Assembly: GCF_023055435.1 (NCBI RefSeq)
Contig: NW_025963804.1
Coordinates: forward strand, 62,001-126,000
Direction of reading: 5' to 3'
DNA from: Haliotis rufescens
Taxonomy: Eukaryota
Length of the DNA: 64,000 nucleotides
Both the position numbers and the translations under genes were made by a program. Shown piece by piece: positions 12,961 through 22,497 of this stretch (the first letter of the stretch is position 1; every line of letters begins with the position of its first letter). The notes beneath the pieces are model-generated. The model made no database searches and was not told the origin of the DNA. It saw only the letters and a program-made list of their open reading frames with translations.

Positions 12961-13255
12961 ATACACTGACCCACTCGAATCCACGCTTGTTTTATAGGGG
13001 AAGAACCGGATCGAAACTCACTGCTTCCTGGTTGGTCCAAAACGCAGCGCACCGATTGGTTCGTTCCGGGGCCTGGTCCGCACCTCGGTTTTCTAAAACG
13101 ACCCGACCCTTGTGTTTCTTTTCCATAGGAAATGGATTTTACCATGGGAGAGAAAGCACAACTCGGTTCGGGTGCTGTCTTCTGATTGGTCGTTGCTGTC
13201 TTCTGATTGGTCGGCCATCCAGGCTTCGGATTGGTCCGATTTCGATCCTGTTTTG
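12961..13255 (-). promoter_or_regulatory. Promoter cassette, copy 2 (between the divergent BIR gene and polB)
   Basis: Same core; TATAAAA (12996-12990) 29 nt before the A of TCAGT (12967). Confidence 0.8.
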
Positions 13256-13329
13256 GGGAAGGGTTGTCCATCCCTCAGACGTTCAGCACCTCTTAGAGTA
13301 CAGACGTTCATCAGATACACATCGCTATA

Positions 13330-16300
13330 ATGACGAGCAACCAAAGTACGCCCTATCGTTTGGAGAGGAAAGATATCACCCGCTCCAGACGGTTAAGAAC
13401 TGCTAATCATACCTATCGTTTGACTTTCAACCCAGACTACTTGGACACCGTACCACCGGAACGCGTCCCCATGGAACTGCCAGCTTTATTTGACAGGGTG
13501 ATCGATGACTTTTATGAACAGATATCAGGTCAGAAGGGAGATCGTATTGGTCTAGGTATCGATCATCCCGCTTTGAACACACCCATACGGATACCCTTTC
13601 GACGTTTTGAAGATCTCCATGGGCTAACTATTTTGCAAGCCGTGGAAAAAGTCCAACAGTCCAACAAAGACCTGAACATCGATGCCACCATGGATGTGAC
13701 CTTAGTACACGTCGCAGATCCCAACAGGGTAGGATCGGGCAGTGGTGCTCCCCGGCTGAAAAACGTGATTGGACTCGAAGCTTTTTTAACACGCAAAAAG
13801 TGCATCGTACGGATCAAGAACGAAGATCAATCCTGTTTGGCACGGGCCCTGGTGGTGGCACAGCATTATGCCCACAAGCCTCACCCTCTGACCCCAGCAT
13901 GGACCGCCCAGCGAAAGAGACTGACGAGAACGGATCGCGTCGACGTTCAAGGCATACGGGCACGGGCCTTGTTTCGAAGCCTTGGCCTGCCCGAAGGACC
14001 CTGTCGGGGTCTGGACGACCTCGCACGCGTGGGACGAACCTTGACCCGTCTGCATTATCAACTGAAAGTCTACAGTCAAGAGGTGGGTCAGAGACTGTTG
14101 TACAAGTGTGATGAGACTCCACCCCACGCCACCGTGCTGCATCTATACCATCATGATCAGCACTACGATGTCATCACTTCCATGCCCGCTTTTTATGGCT
14201 CTAACCATTACTGCGAATGCTGTGACAAACGTTACGACCATCCCGAAAACCATCCCTGCACCAAGGAATACCGCTGTTACCGCTGCTTCTACTCTAGTTA
14301 TTGTGGACCCCAGGAAGAGCACGGGATCCCTTGCTTGACATGTCAAGGTTGGTTCCCCAATCCAACGTGTTACACCCGACATCTCCAGTCACCGTCAGAG
14401 GGAAAACCCAGCGCCTGTCAATCGATTCACAGGTGCCCGAACTGTTTTCAGTTGGTCCGCGTCTTGGAGACCCCCATGGCTCACCACGCGTGCTTCGATG
14501 AAGAACATCCCTGCTTGGTGTGCCGAGAACCCATGACCCCAGATCATCGCTGTTACATGACGCCTCTCGGTGAAGAAAACGAGGAGGAGGAGGGGGAGGA
14601 AGCGGAGAAGGAGGAGGAGGGTGAAGAGGAACAACATCCCCTACGAGACCATGTTCAATACGCCTTCTACGATTTTGAATGCATGCAAGACACGGGGGAA
14701 CACATTCCAAATTTGTGCGTGGTGCAACTAGGATGTGGACGATGCATCAGTGAAGTGAGCAAGAACTTGTGCGAACACTGTCCATGGAGAGAAGAAGGGT
14801 ATGGTCCCAGCCTTGAGATCGTGTTTCGAGGCCCCACCACGCGACATGATGTGTGTGTTTGGTTGACCACGTTGTCTGAAATACCCAAGAAGAAGCCCCA
14901 CCCAGAGGAAGAGGAGGACAGCACACGCAAGGGGACGACAGCTCACCTGGGGAAAAAAAGAAAACGGGATGACACCCCCTCAAGAAAGCACGCTTCCAAA
15001 TGACAGGCATCACCCCAGCAGGAGGGGGAGGAGTTGGGGGAAGAGGGGAAGGAGATGGAAGAGGGGGAAGAGGGGGAAGAGGCCATGGAAGTGGAGAAAA
15101 CAAAGAAGCCAAAGAACAAGAACACCTCCTGTCATACAGTCCCGAAGGAGGATCGCATTTATGTGATGGCCCATAATGCACGATCCTATGATTTACACTT
15201 AGTCCTGAAGGGTCTGTCCCCCCTCCTGGTGACACTCCCCACCAAGATTCGGCATGGCCAACAAATTTTGCAAATGACCCTGGGACGGTTATGTTTCGAA
15301 GACAGCTTAAATTTCATCCCTTACCCCCTGAAAGCCTTTCCCAAGAGCTTTGGGCTGAAAGAAATGAAGAAAGGGTACTTTCCACACTTTTTCAATACGA
15401 GAGTCAACCAGACCTACAGAGGTCCCTATCCACCAGCCGTCACGTACGATCCCGATGGCATGTCTCCCGCGGAACGCACAGCCTTCCTCCAGTGGCATAC
15501 CCAAAAAGTGCAAGAAGGAGCCTTGTTCGACTTACAAGGAGAACTTTTAACCTACTGCCAAAGCGATGTGGACATTTTGAGACGGGGATGCGCCGACTTC
15601 CGACAGAACGCCATCCACTCGGTGGGCATGGATCCCTTTGTGGAAGTGATGACAGCTGCAGCGTTCACCATCAAATCCTTCCGAAAACACGACCTGAAAC
15701 CCAATACCATCGCCATTCTCCCACCTCAAGGCTACCAACCCAAGAGAAACAATTCCCAGGCCTGTATGCACTGGCTCCACTATCTGATGGAAACGGACCC
15801 CCATCTGCACCTCCAGCACGCCAGGAATGGCGGTGAAAAAGAGTTCACGTGTGGAGGGGGTCAACATCGGTACACCGTGGATGGCTACGATCCAGCGACA
15901 GGCACCGTCTACGAATTCCTGGGCTGTTTCTGGCATGGGTGCCAGGCCTGTCACAAGACCCGACGTGGAGAACCGCATCCCGTCCTGGGCTCGTCGTTGG
16001 GAGCCCGTTACACCGACACCCACTACCGCTTGAGTCTCTTGAGTCAACACCCTGAGGTGAAACGGATCGTCACCCTGTGGGAGCACGAGTTTACGAAAAT
16101 GCAACGGGAGGACTCCGCACTGCGTGCTTTCTTGCAGGGACCCCCCTGTATCCACGTCCCCGGGCTGCTCAACCCTCGCGATGCCTTCTATGGAGGATGC
16201 ACCAATGCGACGCGATTATGCTACGAAGCCCAAGAAGGTGAAACCATCAAGTACATCGATATTTGTTCCCTTTATCCCTACATTTGTAAGACCGGAGTGT

Positions 16301-17580
16301 TTCCCACGGGACACCCGACCCTTCTCCATCAACCCCCTGTGGACACGTTGTTTGAACTGAAAGGCCTGATCCAATGCCGTGTCTTACCCCCGAAACGACT
16401 TTACCATCCGCTACTGCCTTACAGATCGGGTGGCAAACTGCTCTGTCCTTTGTGCCGCACGTGTGCCGATACCCGGTCAGACTCCCCCTGCGAGCACACG
16501 GACGAAGAGAGGTCATGGGTGGGGACGTAGGCCACCGTAGAACTCCAGGAAGCCGTGAAGAAGTATGACTACCGGGTGCTTCAGATCTACGACGTTTGGC
16601 ATTTTGACACCTTTGCACAGCATGACCCCGACACCCAGCAAGTGGGACTCTTTGACACTTACATCGATCGACATTTCAAGGAGAAGCTCGAAGCCAGCGG
16701 ATACCCCGAAGGATGTACGGATCACGACGCGTACATCCAGGAGATCTACGACAAAGAAGGCATTGGGTTGGACAAGGACCGCATCGAAAAAAATCCAGGA
16801 CGTCGCACGATTGCCAAGATGCAACTGAATTCGCTCTGGGGCAAGTTTGGGCAACGGGTAGACTACAGTCAGAACGTGTATATGAACGATCCTGTACAGT
16901 ACTTTGCCTTGTGGAGGGATGAACGCAATACCATCGAGGATGTGGTCGTTGTCAACGAACACATGGTGGAAGTGACCTATACCCAGCAGAAAGAATTCCA
17001 AACCCCTCATTCTCATTTCAACGTCGCCATCGCTGCTTGGGTCACTGCCCAAGCACGTCTCAAGCTGTACGAGACCCTTGCCCTGGTGGACCGCAGGGTG
17101 TTGTACTTTGACACGGACAGTGTCATTTACATTCATCGACCCCACGACGCGAATCCAGAGCTGGGTCATTCGTTGGGTGAGTTTACGGATGAACTGGACG
17201 GAAACACCATCGAGACGTTTGTGTCGGGAGGCCCCAAAAACTATGGCTACGAGTTAATGAACCCCAGACCCGATGGAACGCGCACGACCTGCAAAGTGCG
17301 AGGGTTCACTTTGAATTACCGAAACCAACGCCATCTCAACTTTGACACCATGAAAGGACTGATACTGGGACAACGGCCTGGGAAAGAGGAGGAGAAAATC
17401 AGTTTGGATTACCCTCATCAGATCATTCGAAAAGGCCCTCGGCACGAAAACGCACTCGTGACCCGACCCACCCGAAAAGACTATCGTACCGTGTACGACA
17501 AGCGACGTCTCGTCTACGACGACATCACAGGGCTACCTGTAGACACGCTCCCCTTTGGGTACAGAGACGACTTTCACTAA
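13330..17580 (+). pseudogene. polB: Protein-primed family B DNA polymerase (Maverick pPolB) with two in-frame nonsense codons
   Basis: ORFs 13330-15003, 15034-16530 and 16555-17580 are all in one frame, separated by TGA (15001) and TAG (16528). Motifs: OTU-like (IKNEDQSCLARA...HYDVI), Cys-rich region, ExoI YDFE, ExoII HNARSYD, ExoIII YCQSDV, VSR-like insert (VDGYD..VYEFLGCFWHGC), PolA DICSLYP, PolB KMQLNSLWGKFGQ, PolC YFDTDS, GPKNY, KVRGF. Confidence 0.95.
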
Positions 17581-17629
17581 AATTTTTCATGACAGCGGAT
17601 CGAAACTGAATCGACATGGACCCCTACAG

Positions 17630-17890
17630 AAAAAAACGGATCGAAATCGGACCAATCCGAAGCCTGGATGATCGACCAATCAGAGGCCGCGCTCGGGCCA
17701 GGGTGGCCTCTGATTGGTCGAACCGAGGTTGTGCTTTCTCTCTCACGCTACAAGCCTAACCCTATGGAAAAGAAACACAAGGGTCAGTCCAGTTTGGAAA
17801 ACCAAGGTGAAAGTCAGGCCCCGGAACGGGCCAATCAGAAAGCAGGACCTCCGTGGCTTTTAATACGACCGACGCTCTCCGGTCATCACT
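17630..17890 (+). promoter_or_regulatory. Promoter cassette, copy 3 (diverged)
   Basis: GGATCGAAATCGGACCAATCCGAAGCC...CCTATGGAAAAGAAACACA; TATA degenerate; upstream of the 18083 gene. Confidence 0.7.
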
Positions 17891-18082
17891 TTTCACTGAA
17901 CGGACCAAGCAACAACATCGTCCCCTCTGATTGATGTTCCTCACGTTGTGTTGGTTGTTGGCGTTTTATCTGGAAGAAACGCGTGTTTGGAGAGAGTACC
18001 ATCAAGTGTTGACGTACCTCCGTGAAGACTTGGAAAGAAACAACAACAACAACAACAACGAACAGAACATCCGGACAACATC

Positions 18083-19310
18083 ATGTCGAACAACATGTCG
18101 AAACGGTTGAATGACAAGACACGAAGCGACATGAGTGGCCAAGGAAGCAGTGGAGATGGGAACGGTAACATGACTGCTGAACTGTGGGGTGAAGTGTACG
18201 ACTTGCTGTGTTTAAAGATGAAGACCGACGACGCGTACGCCAAGTTACGTGCGAAGGGCGACAACCTGATGTGCGACCAGATACGTTCAAAGATGAGGAA
18301 GCTGACTGAACCCGAGAAAGGCACATCCAAGAAGACGATCAAGAAGATCCAGAAGAAAAAGACACGCAAACCCACAGCCGTGGTGACCCCCACAGCAACG
18401 GCAACACCCCCCACCCCACCCCCACCCCCACAGCGCCAGTCCCCACCACCACCACCACCACCACCACCACAGCAGCCACAGCAACCACGACTGTGGCGAC
18501 AACAGACATCGACACGAGGGGGACATCCTTTTTGAAACCTGCCACACCTGCAACGCCTGCAAAAAGACGATCACGGAAGAAATTATCTCTGAAGATCTCT
18601 CCTCAAGAACAACTGTAAGTACCCTGCTCTTCTTTGTCTCAGTCATTCTTGATGTGATTCATATGCATGACCTATGCCTATCCTAAATGGACTCTGTCCT
18701 TATGATTGACAGGACCCCTGATGTCAGTTCAGCCCAGTCCGTGCTAGAACAGTGGTGGGAATAAACCCCTCGGGAGCCCACCTATTCACCGAATGCCCCT
18801 GTGACGATGGCGACGGGTGACCTCGATGATCATGAAGCGCTCAAGATGGCCACTCTCCCTTCCATGGATCTGGACACGCTTCCCCTGCTCGAGGCTTCTT
18901 GGTCACCAGCATCCCCGGAAGAGGTTCATGTCTACTCCTCAGGTACGCCCATGGTTTGCGACGATGATGATGATGACAACGTTGACCTGGATCCTTATGG
19001 AGAAGCTCAACTCACTCCCCTACAACGCGAATGTCGTGTTTGCCGACACAACAACATGTTAAGATACATCAGTTGCAACAGCGGGCAAGTGATGTGTCAT
19101 GCCTGTGAGCTGGAGCTCATAGACTGTACTTGTAGTATGTTGACCTATGACAGCATAGTGACACATGATGACATGCCTATCGCATCTGAGGATCACATCT
19201 TATGGTGATCCTCCTCTTCACTCGAAGAACTTTGTCAACACGCCAGCTGCAACCGTGATCAAGTGATGTGTCATGTCTGTTTCAGGGAGGCCATAGACTG
19301 TACGTGTTGA
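18083..19310 (+). pseudogene. Decayed spliced Maverick gene: basic/low-complexity N-terminus, acidic tract, duplicated Cys module
   Basis: Candidate GT-AG intron 18615-18712 joins a KRRSRKK frame to the 18801 frame. This needs one frameshift in the C/CCA tract (~18410-18470). In-frame stops at TAA 18762 and TGA 19206; the SCNxxQVMCHxC..xIDCTC module occurs twice; AATAAA at 19701. Confidence 0.5.
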
Positions 19311-19628
19311 ACGGTTGGGCCTCTCACAGGTTTGAGGGAGGACCACCTCTTAGGGACTTGAAGATGGAAGAGCTTGAAGATGGAAGAGGAAAACGTTGTC
19401 GCGTTATTGTTGTTGTTGTTGTTGTTGTTGTTGTAGGGACATGCAAAGCACTCCCTCCTCCATTGACTTTTCGTATTTCCATTGTATCGGGTTGTGATTG
19501 GTTTTTTCATGATTAAACAGTGATTGATTGAACTGACTCTTTGTGTCTTGATTGATCTCAACTCCAAAAGAGTGCCGAACCGAGGGTAGAGGTTGAGTTG
19601 AGATGTCGTTGACGTCGTCTGTCTGTCC

Positions 19629-19666
<38 letters not shown>

Positions 19667-19890
19667 GCCTCTGTCATGTCAGTGCACACCAAAGTGAAGA
19701 AATAAAATTAAAAATAGATAAAAGAGAAAGGCCATGCTTGAAAGATCAGCTGCCTGGTGTCAGTCATTCCAGGACGCATCGATCCCCCCTACACCCCTCC
19801 CCGTGTGCCATGTCATGTCATGTCATGGATCATGTCATGGATCATGCCGTGTGTCCGTCAACCCAAACACAGGATGACGTCACGTGATGA

Positions 19891-20128
19891 GGTGTAGGAG
19901 ATGGAGAGTTTCATAAAAGCTAAAGTCATGACCTTCCGTTGAAGGGTGTAGGGTGGAGAGTTTCATAAAAGCTAAAGTCATGACCTTCCGTTGAAGGGTG
20001 TAGGGTGGAGAGTTTCATAAAAGCTAAAGTCATGACCTTCCGTTGAAGGGTGTAGGGTGGAGAGTTTCATAAAAGCTAAAGTCATGACCTTCCGTTGAAG
20101 GGTGTAGGGTGGAGAGTTTCATAAAAGC
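19891..20128 (+). repeat. 52-bp tandem repeat (~4.5 units) upstream of the second BIR gene
   Basis: CATAAAAG recurs at 19912, 19964, 20016, 20068 and 20120. Confidence 0.95.
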
Positions 20129-20170
20129 AGGCGAACCCTCAGACCTTCTTTCAGTGAAGTCACCGTCATC

Positions 20171-20695
20171 ATGGAGCAAAGACGTTCTATGAATGCCATG
20201 TCATCCTCCCGAGATGTCGTCACCGATTCCGAGTGGGTGTCTGAAAAGGCGAGAGAACAAGAAGCGAGAAAACGTTCACTCTTGATGGACGACACACTCT
20301 TGATTGACGACAGGTGTCGACACGGTGACGTTCTGGAGAGACCTTTTCCTTCCTTGTGTCAACCTTCTCATCCCCACTATGATTCATTTCAAGAACGTCT
20401 GAGGTCTTTTAAAACGTGGCCTCAACAGATGACCAAGACCCCTTATGACATGGCCATGGCTGGCTATTTCTATCCAGGACGAGGGGACTGTGTGACCTGT
20501 TATTGCTGCGGTGTGGCACTCCGCCAATGGGAAGCCACAGACCAACCCTGGAAAGAACATCTGAAGCATGCCAAAGTCCCCTGCGAATACTTGTGTGTGT
20601 TTTGTCCTGATGGAGAAGTGAACGAAAAATACAGACGTTTGGTGTCCCAAGAAGCACGGAAACGAAGAGTCGAGTGTCTTGTTCACCCCAAGTGA
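20171..20695 (+). CDS. Second single-BIR IAP-like protein
   Basis: ERLRSFKTWP...MAMAGYFY...VTCYCCG..L.QWEATDQPWKEHLKHAKVPC; no RING; ATTAAA at 20838. Confidence 0.92.
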   Translation: MEQRRSMNAMSSSRDVVTDSEWVSEKAREQEARKRSLLMDDTLLIDDRCRHGDVLERPFPSLCQPSHPHYDSFQERLRSFKTWPQQMTKTPYDMAMAGYFYPGRGDCVTCYCCGVALRQWEATDQPWKEHLKHAKVPCEYLCVFCPDGEVNEKYRRLVSQEARKRRVECLVHPK

Positions 20696-20929
20696 CAACG
20701 TTTCTTTTTTTTTTTCAAAGTGGTCAGACGTTCCTACCCTCGCGGTCACCCCTCCCTCGTGTTCACAAAAATCACAGGGATGTCCCCCCTCATCCTGTGA
20801 CTTTTGTTTTGTGGTGTTGGTTCATGTGATCAGGGGGATTAAATTTTTTGTTAAAAACTCATAGTCGTGTTATGTTGTCTGTAGGATGAAGAAAAAACAA
20901 AACAGGATCGAAATGCACATCCCGATAAA

Positions 20930-21195
20930 AAACCGGATCGAAATCGGACCAATCCGAAGCCTGGGTGGTCGACCAATCAGAAGCGGCGCTCGGACCAGGC
21001 GGGGCTCTGATTGGCCGAACCGGGGTTGTGCTTTCTCTCCCATGGTAAAATCCATTTCCTATGGAAAAGAAACACAGGGGTCGGTCCGTTTTGGAAAACC
21101 GAGGTGCAGGCCAGGCCCCGGAACGAACCAATCGGGGGCGCTGCCTGGGGAACCAATCAGGAAGCAGGGTGTCAGTGTCTCTCCTATAAAAACAA
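20930..21195 (+). promoter_or_regulatory. Promoter cassette, copy 4
   Basis: Near-identical inverse of copy 1, ending CCTATAAAA ~45 nt before the CCHC ATG. Confidence 0.8.
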
Positions 21196-21230
21196 AACAA
21201 GAGCGAAGCCACTCACACACACTGCATTCT

Positions 21231-21869
21231 ATGAAACCCATCATGTCAGCTCGATACAGTTGTAGGATGTGCCAGACCGACAGTCACAGTTACCTGTACT
21301 GCCCTGAAGTGACATGTACCGAGTGCCACACTCAAGGTCACCGTCACTATGTCTGTCCGAAGCTGAACAGTCAAGAGAAGCAGGAGAAGCAGGAGAAGCA
21401 GTACCAGGGCCCCTGTTACAACTGTGAAGCCCTGGGTCATTTCGCTGCAGATTGCCCAGAACCCCGTCGAAAGAAGACTCCCCATCGCCTGGACCGCTGT
21501 TACAACTGTGGAGCCCTGGGTCATTTCGCTGCAGATTGCCCAGAACCCAGTCGAAAGAAAACGTTAGCAACACCGTCCACGTCGACACCCGTGGCATCCG
21601 TGGCAACCGTGACCCCCGTGGCCCCCGTGACACCCGTGACACCCGTGGCACAAGTGCTTCATCTCATCGAAGACATGCATTCCGATGTCCTCGACCTAAA
21701 AGAATGTCTCACACAACTCCGGGTAGGCATCACACCTCGTCTAGAGAAAAGAAAACGGAACAGGTCCCCCTCACGAAAACACGTTTCAAAGCGCCGACGA
21801 CACCTTCCGTCCGAGGATGAGATGGAAGTAGAGGATGGAGAAGTGAGATCCTCTGAACAAAGTGACTAA
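21231..21869 (+). CDS. 4x CCHC zinc-knuckle protein with NLS and C-terminal EDGEV motif
   Basis: Four Cx2Cx4Hx4C knuckles, KRKRNRSPSRKHVSKRRR, then EMEVEDGEVRSS. Start placed at the first ATG after the TATA (~21185), not at the track start 20886. Confidence 0.85.
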   Translation: MKPIMSARYSCRMCQTDSHSYLYCPEVTCTECHTQGHRHYVCPKLNSQEKQEKQEKQYQGPCYNCEALGHFAADCPEPRRKKTPHRLDRCYNCGALGHFAADCPEPSRKKTLATPSTSTPVASVATVTPVAPVTPVTPVAQVLHLIEDMHSDVLDLKECLTQLRVGITPRLEKRKRNRSPSRKHVSKRRRHLPSEDEMEVEDGEVRSSEQSD

Positions 21870-21947
21870 CGCATGGGTCATGCTGCCCCACTGTTTTTAC
21901 CCGTTTCCCATCGTTTGCAGTTTTTCCAGTGTTCCAGTGTTCCTGCC

Positions 21948-21978
<31 letters not shown>

Positions 21979-21984
21979 TGTTTT

Positions 21985-22025
21985 CCAACGGCCCTTTTCA
22001 GGGCCACCCATCTCTCCCGAAAGAC
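21985..22025 (+). terminator. Histone-type 3' end signal (stem-loop 21990-22005 plus HDE-like)
   Basis: CCAAC GGCCCTTTTCAGGGCC ACCCA TCTCTCCCG AAAGAC, ~120 nt after the CCHC gene stop. Confidence 0.85.
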
Positions 22026-22497
22026 AGCTTTTCCTCCTTTGCTTTGACGACCCTCCCACCCCCCACCCCCCACCACACCGTGAACCCACCCCTTCTCCCC
22101 TCTCCCTCCCTCCCTCCCTCCCTCCCTCCCTTCACCACCCCCACCACCACCCCACGTCTATTTCTATTTTTAGAACAACACAAGAACAACAACCCTGTCG
22201 ATCTTGTTCCCCTCGTACGGGCGCTTCTCCGGGTTTTCCCCCTATCCCTCCTCCTCCTCCCCGGAAACGGAAGCGACGCCCTCTTTCCATGCGTACGCCA
22301 CCGGACACGGATGCGACGCCATCTTGCACGCGCGCGCCACCGGAAACGGATGCGACGCCATCTTGCATGCGCGCGCAGGTACCCATCATGCACTGCGCAG
22401 GTCACGTGACCGGAAACGGATGTGCCGCCATCTTGGTCCCAGAAATCTGAGCGGTCCCAGAAATCCTGGTGGTCCACTACCGATGCAGGTTACTACT
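21987..22497 (-). repeat. Right terminal inverted repeat of the Maverick
   Basis: Reverse complement of 10463-10972. Confidence 0.95.

Larger units (their letters stand above)
10463..22497. mobile_element. Maverick/Polinton-type element, PolB-encoding, lacking integrase and capsid genes
   Basis: Starts AGTAGTAACCTGCATCGG and ends CCGATGCAGGTTACTACT. ~510-bp TIRs; 6-bp TSD GTCATC at 10457-10462 and 22498-22503; empty site with a single GTCATC at 42760-42765 in the paralogous segment; contains pPolB; visibly GC-richer than the flanks. Confidence 0.96.

Noticed and set aside
15001-16530. Programmed readthrough, selenocysteine or an intron in polB
   Set aside because: Two different stop types, no good splice sites around them; single transitions explain both.
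19891-20128. CRISPR-like array
   Set aside because: Units are contiguous and identical with no spacers; eukaryotic context, no cas genes.
20886-21230. N-terminal extension of the CCHC ORF and similar cassette ORFs (11349-11674, 12942-13271)
   Set aside because: They translate the repeated promoter cassette, upstream of the TATA box.
10463-22497. Histone genes explaining the stem-loops
   Set aside because: No histone-fold ORF recognised upstream of any hairpin or elsewhere in the window.
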